From Lama guanicoe (lineage: Eukaryota), in assembly GCA_013239625.1 (NCBI GenBank), contig MU053873.1:510524-574523 (forward strand): a stretch of 64,000 nt of DNA, in the 5' to 3' direction. The first letter of the stretch is position 1; every line of letters starts with the position of its first letter. Made by a program: the position numbers and the translations under genes. The notes beneath the pieces are model-generated. The model was given only the letters and a program-made list of their open reading frames with translations. It had not been told where the DNA came from and ran no database searches. Positions 59,594 through 64,000 of this stretch are shown one piece after another.

Positions 59594-62500
59594 GTGGGTG
59601 CCTGCTGGCCCCGTGGCCAGGCTGACGGAGCCCCCTCTCCTATCTCTTACCATCTGATGGGGGAGCGCCGTGGCTGGCAGCTGTCCTGGTCAGGGTTCTC
59701 TGGGAGCAAAAGAGAGGAGGCCTGGGCCGCTGGCCCCGGGGGCAGACGGGCCCTCAGAGGGGCAGCTGGAAGGCGAGCTCCTTTCCCCAGCCATCCCGAC
59801 TGATAGTTCTGTTCTCAGACTCCTTGCCAGGCTCTGGGGACACTGGCCAGGAAGACTGCTCTCCTCAGAGCTAACATTTGAGCCCAGGGCTAAAATGTAG
59901 GAAAAAGCCAGTGCACCATTCTGGGCAGAGCGCAAAGCACCAGCTGCTCTTGGAGCAGGAGAGAGAGGGTGTGGCCGGAGGGAGTGGAGATGGATGGATG
60001 GTAGGGGCTGAAGCTGGCCTTTGAAGGGCTGTAGGCAGCTGCCCATATGACCAGAGCTACATTTGACAGTAATGGCCGACAGCTGCCTGAGTGGAGGGGT
60101 GCATACGAGGCTGTTGAATGACTGACTGTCCAGTAACTGAGCTGCTTCTGGGAAAGGCTTCTCAGAGTGGATGCAACTGCGGTCCCCAGGCTGGCACATG
60201 AGCTCTTTCCACTTCCTTGAGAAGCTCACCAGGTCTCCAGCTCACCTAAACAACACACAGCCCAGACTCTGGAGGGGCACGTGGCACCCCAGCCTGGGCT
60301 AGGACTTAATACCCTCTCTGCTCCTGGCGTCATGGCCTTGGAACAGTCCCTTCCCTCTCAGGCTGATGAGACAACTGCTTTGGTCAGGACAGGTCAGCAT
60401 GGGCCAGGCTGGCTGCCTGATGTCAGTCCCAGGGTGTCACTCACCAAGACCGTAGCCCTAATTCTGTCATGTGTAAAACAGCTGTAACAACAGTTCCCGT
60501 CTCCCAGGGAGGTGACAAAAGTAGGAACGATGCCTACAGGTCCACAGAAAGATTGGCCTCAGGCCCTTTATCTCATGGGCTCTTACATTCAGCCAGCACT
60601 GTGTGAGCACTTGGCATGTCCTTGGTTCCCAGGGATGCTCTGAAGACTAAAGAGGAATAAGACAGGGCCCCTCCCCTAAATGACCTCACACCCAGTTACA
60701 ACAGTGTGTTCTGGGTGGAACTCCTGTCCTACCCAGGCCTCCATGCCCTGCTGACCTTTCCCTCCAAGCTCCAGCCACACTGGCCACTGCAAGTACTGTC
60801 CCCTCTGCAGGCATGCCCTCCTCACCTCCAGAGAGTCCTCCGGGATGCCCTGTCTGACTCCCAAGCCAGGTCAGGTCAGCTGGCTGTGCGCTGGCTGTTC
60901 ACCCCGTTTATATCCACGTGGATTAGTGTGACTGTTGGAGTGGAAGGAAGGACCGGGTCTGACCTGTTCTCCACTAAATCCCTGTGCTGGCGTGGTGCCT
61001 GGCACACAGGACGTGCTCAGTAAATGTTTGTTAGGTGAAGGTCTCAATGAATGAGCAAACAAACCCAGGGCAGCAGGGCAGCTGTTAATTTTGGGAGCTG
61101 AATCGAGAAGGACCAATAGGGTCAGATCCCAAGGAGCCTTGAATACTGGGCGAGGAGCACGCCTCCTTCGTACAGGGCCTGGGCCAGGGGCCCCCAGCCC
61201 TGGGAGCCCTTCAGAGTCACTGAGGGGCTTTTGATGGTTCTCATGCCCTCCCCTCAGAGGAATTAAAACAGAATCGAAGGAAGATGGGCTCGGGCTCTGA
61301 GTGCTTTAAGAGCTGCCTAGTAATTCTGCCACGTGGCTGGGGTTGAGAGCTGTCAGCCAGGTCCTGGGCAGCCTGGAACTCCTCTCCCACACTGAGTCAC
61401 CCCGCCAGGGCCCCTTGTCGAAGACTCAGACTCAGCCCCACTTCCAGTTTTAGCTGCCCTACCCCAGGGGGCCCTGAGCAATGTCACCTGCCCTCTACCA
61501 GCCCACCTCCCCGGGGAAGGCCCCTGGCACCAGCTGGGGGGGCTGAGTCCAATAAGCCCAGAGCTGACAGATGGACTGCTCCCTGCGCTCCTGCAGGCCT
61601 CCATGGGAGTCCTCTGATAACTAACTGCTGACCCCAGCTGCCCTGCCCTGAGGAAGCGAGGCGCCCCCATTGGAGTCAGCTGCTCACCAGCCACCAGGAA
61701 TTCAGCAGCCGCACAGCAAGAGGCGGGGGCTTGAGGCTCAAAGACCAGGCTTCACACCTGGCACTGTCACTTCCTGACCGTGTGCCCCTTTTCCCTGCCT
61801 GAACCTCAGTTTTCCCATTTGCAAATGGGGTGTTACTGTGTATGGCAGGTTCATGAGGAGGAAATGGAATAGAACCACTACTGTTTGTTGAGCGTCCGCT
61901 TCAGAGGCTCTTAGCCTGGCTGCATGTCAGCATCACCCCGGGAACTTGGTGCCGAGGCCACTCCCAGCCCCACTTTCCCGACAGATACAACGTGCTGTCA
62001 GGTAGGGAACTGCTGGCCTCCTGTAACAAGCGCTCTCCATCCGCTGTCTTATTAAATGTTCACAGCAGCCCTACCAGGTGAGACTTGTCCTCCTGTTTTA
62101 CATGGGGGAGAAGCTGAGATTTGGAGAGATGAAGTAGCGTGTCTGTGGTCCTGTGTGCCTGGACTCGGAAGCCCGTGGTCTTTGCTTTACCCCAGCAGCC
62201 TCTAGAAAAGGCCAGAAGGACGAACAGGGAACATGTACAGCCCAGGCCTGGCCTCTCCCTCCTCCAGGGAGCCATCCGAGCCTGAGTCCAGACTTCCTCA
62301 CGTGTCTCACTCACATATTTTGACTGATTGATTCCTTGCCCACCAAGAAGCAAACAAAATTTAGACCATACTTACATGATGAAAATAATAGTAGGAAAAA
62401 TCAGAGGAAACCAGAGTCAAGATTAATGTCCAGAAATGTTGCCGGGAAGTCCTGTCAGGGGTGGCTGGTTTGAGGAGTGAAGCGATGCCTGGGCCCAGGG

Positions 62501-62834
62501 TTTACTGATGGGCTTCTCAGCTTTTTACTTTGAAATAATTATAGATTCACAGGAAGCTGCAAAGACAGGACAGAGAAGTCTTCTGGTACCAGGACTATAA
62601 AAAAAACTCCCCAGGTGATCCACTGTGCAAAGCTGAGGGTCTCTAACCTAAAGCCAGGTCCTTACCTGTGGCTGGTGTGGGTGGGGTGGGTGGGGCTGAG
62701 GTCGCCTGAAGCTGGGATCCCTCTGCCTGGCATCTCCACCTGTGCTGTCCGCTCTTACACTCCCTCCCTGATTTCGGTGGTGGGAAGTGCCTGTGTGCAT
62801 CTGAAGTCTGAACCCAGCCCCTCTCTCCCCCTAG

Positions 62835-62897
62835 ATGCAGCTGCCATCTTGCTGGATGAGCAGAACAAGCGTCCCTGCAGGAAATTTCTACTGACAG
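62835..62897 (+). CDS. ZMAT5: ZMAT5 coding exon 2 ([22 protein letters not shown]), start of CCCH finger; gene continues beyond the window
   Basis: Pyrimidine tract plus TAG, GTAAAG donor; 63 nt, phase 1-1. Confidence 0.95.
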
Positions 62898-64000
62898 GTA
62901 AAGTGTTCTGCTCAGATCAGCTCCCCCCAGGGGCCAACATGCCCAGTCTGGTCCGCGTGGACCTCTGTACAGCCTCTCCCCGCAGCCGCCGCCCCTAGCC
63001 CGCTTGGTGCGTCAGGTGACTTGACATAGTTAACGAAGACCATCCCAGGAGTTGTGCCTTAGGGCTTCTGGGGCTTGGTCCTCAGCTCTGCAGACCTAGA
63101 ATGTGATTTTATTGGCTCACCCAGAACAAGCCAGCGCTGGGAAATTGCAAGTAAATCCAGGAGACATTGATGGGTGTAATAGACTGGCTGATTAAGTTAG
63201 CCTTGGAGCCTGACCTCCACTGCGCCCTCCCTCCCAGCCAGCAGGACTGGAGACGGTAACAGGTCCGACAATGCTGAGAAGGTTCTAAATTAGAACAAAG
63301 GATGCTGGGTGTTGATTTCATTCACTGCTCAGTACTCAGCTAATAAAGATGCATGTGGTTCAAAGAGACTACCTCAGTAGGTGAAGGAACCAAATGAATG
63401 AAAATAAGGGTAGGGAAAATAAGACAAAGCCAGGAGAATGATTAGTCTCTTCCATGCTTGCCTTGAGGGCCTGTGTACTTGCTAAGGGTTTGGCCCTGAG
63501 TTTCCTAGCAGCCAAGGCAAAGGGGAAAGAGGAAAGTCCTTAACATTGTAGTATGTAAGGGAGCTTAGCACTGGGGAGAGGTACTGCTGTTGGCCTAGGA
63601 AAGCGGGGTGAATGGCCGTGCTCCCCTCAGGAGACAGTGCTGCCCCCTGGATGGGCACCAGGCCTGCAACTCAGGGGCTGCTGTTCCCCACTGTCTCCAC
63701 CTGGGTGTGAACACACCACTGGTAGATGAGGCTGCCTTAGGACACCTCCAGTCTCCTGTTATTTTGAGACACATGTTGGTCTCCCCAGTTGAGATGTGGA
63801 AAGCCACCTGGACTTGGGTACCTCCTTGACAAAGCTGACATCAAAGCCTTCCTGGGGAGCAGTCCAACTGCTTGTGCACGCCCCACAGGCAGGGACACCA
63901 GGCAGAGGGCACAAGGAAGCAGGATCCTTTCAGGGACCCACCAGTAGTTTGCCGGGGCTGGGGGCTGGGGTAGGGGGAGGTGACAAGAGACAAGCCTGCA

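Noticed and set aside
48642..62834. USSE-type tandem U11 sites for ZMAT5 autoregulation
   Set aside because: Searched by eye; only isolated partial matches (e.g. GTATCCTG near 49910), no tandem consensus.
1..64000. CRISPR arrays, operons or other prokaryotic/phage systems
   Set aside because: The sequence is intron-rich mammalian DNA with no repeat-spacer array or long intronless coding regions.

Overview
This is mammalian genomic DNA from a GC-rich, MIR/L2-rich region. It is most likely camelid, because it has six tRNA-derived SINEs of the Vic-1 type and no Alu or Bov-A/BovB elements were seen. It holds three genes in the arrangement known from the human 22q12 locus. (1) ASCC2 is on + with all 19 coding exons traced by hand (238..31173; 2247 nt, 748 aa plus stop, phases consistent) and a poly(A) signal at 31539. 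(2) UQCR10 is on - with two coding exons (64 aa). (3) The 5' part of ZMAT5 (U11/U12 snRNP 20K) is on +, head-to-head with UQCR10 across a CpG-island promoter carrying three ZNF143/THAP11-type motifs. The most notable observations are a clear U12-type (minor spliceosome) intron in ASCC2 (18729..20092), a UQCR10 intron-1 read-through frame with a perfect downstream alternative donor, an old L1 fragment that is anomalously CpG/GC-rich beside ASCC2 coding exons 15-16, and an AT-rich block in ZMAT5 intron 1 containing a candidate 38-nt exon and a perfect 20-bp palindrome. I found no convincing evidence of a wholly new biological system. Nearly all long ORFs in the track are noise or partial exon overlaps. 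Gene and repeat identities rest on recalled sequences, not database searches, and repeat boundaries are approximate.
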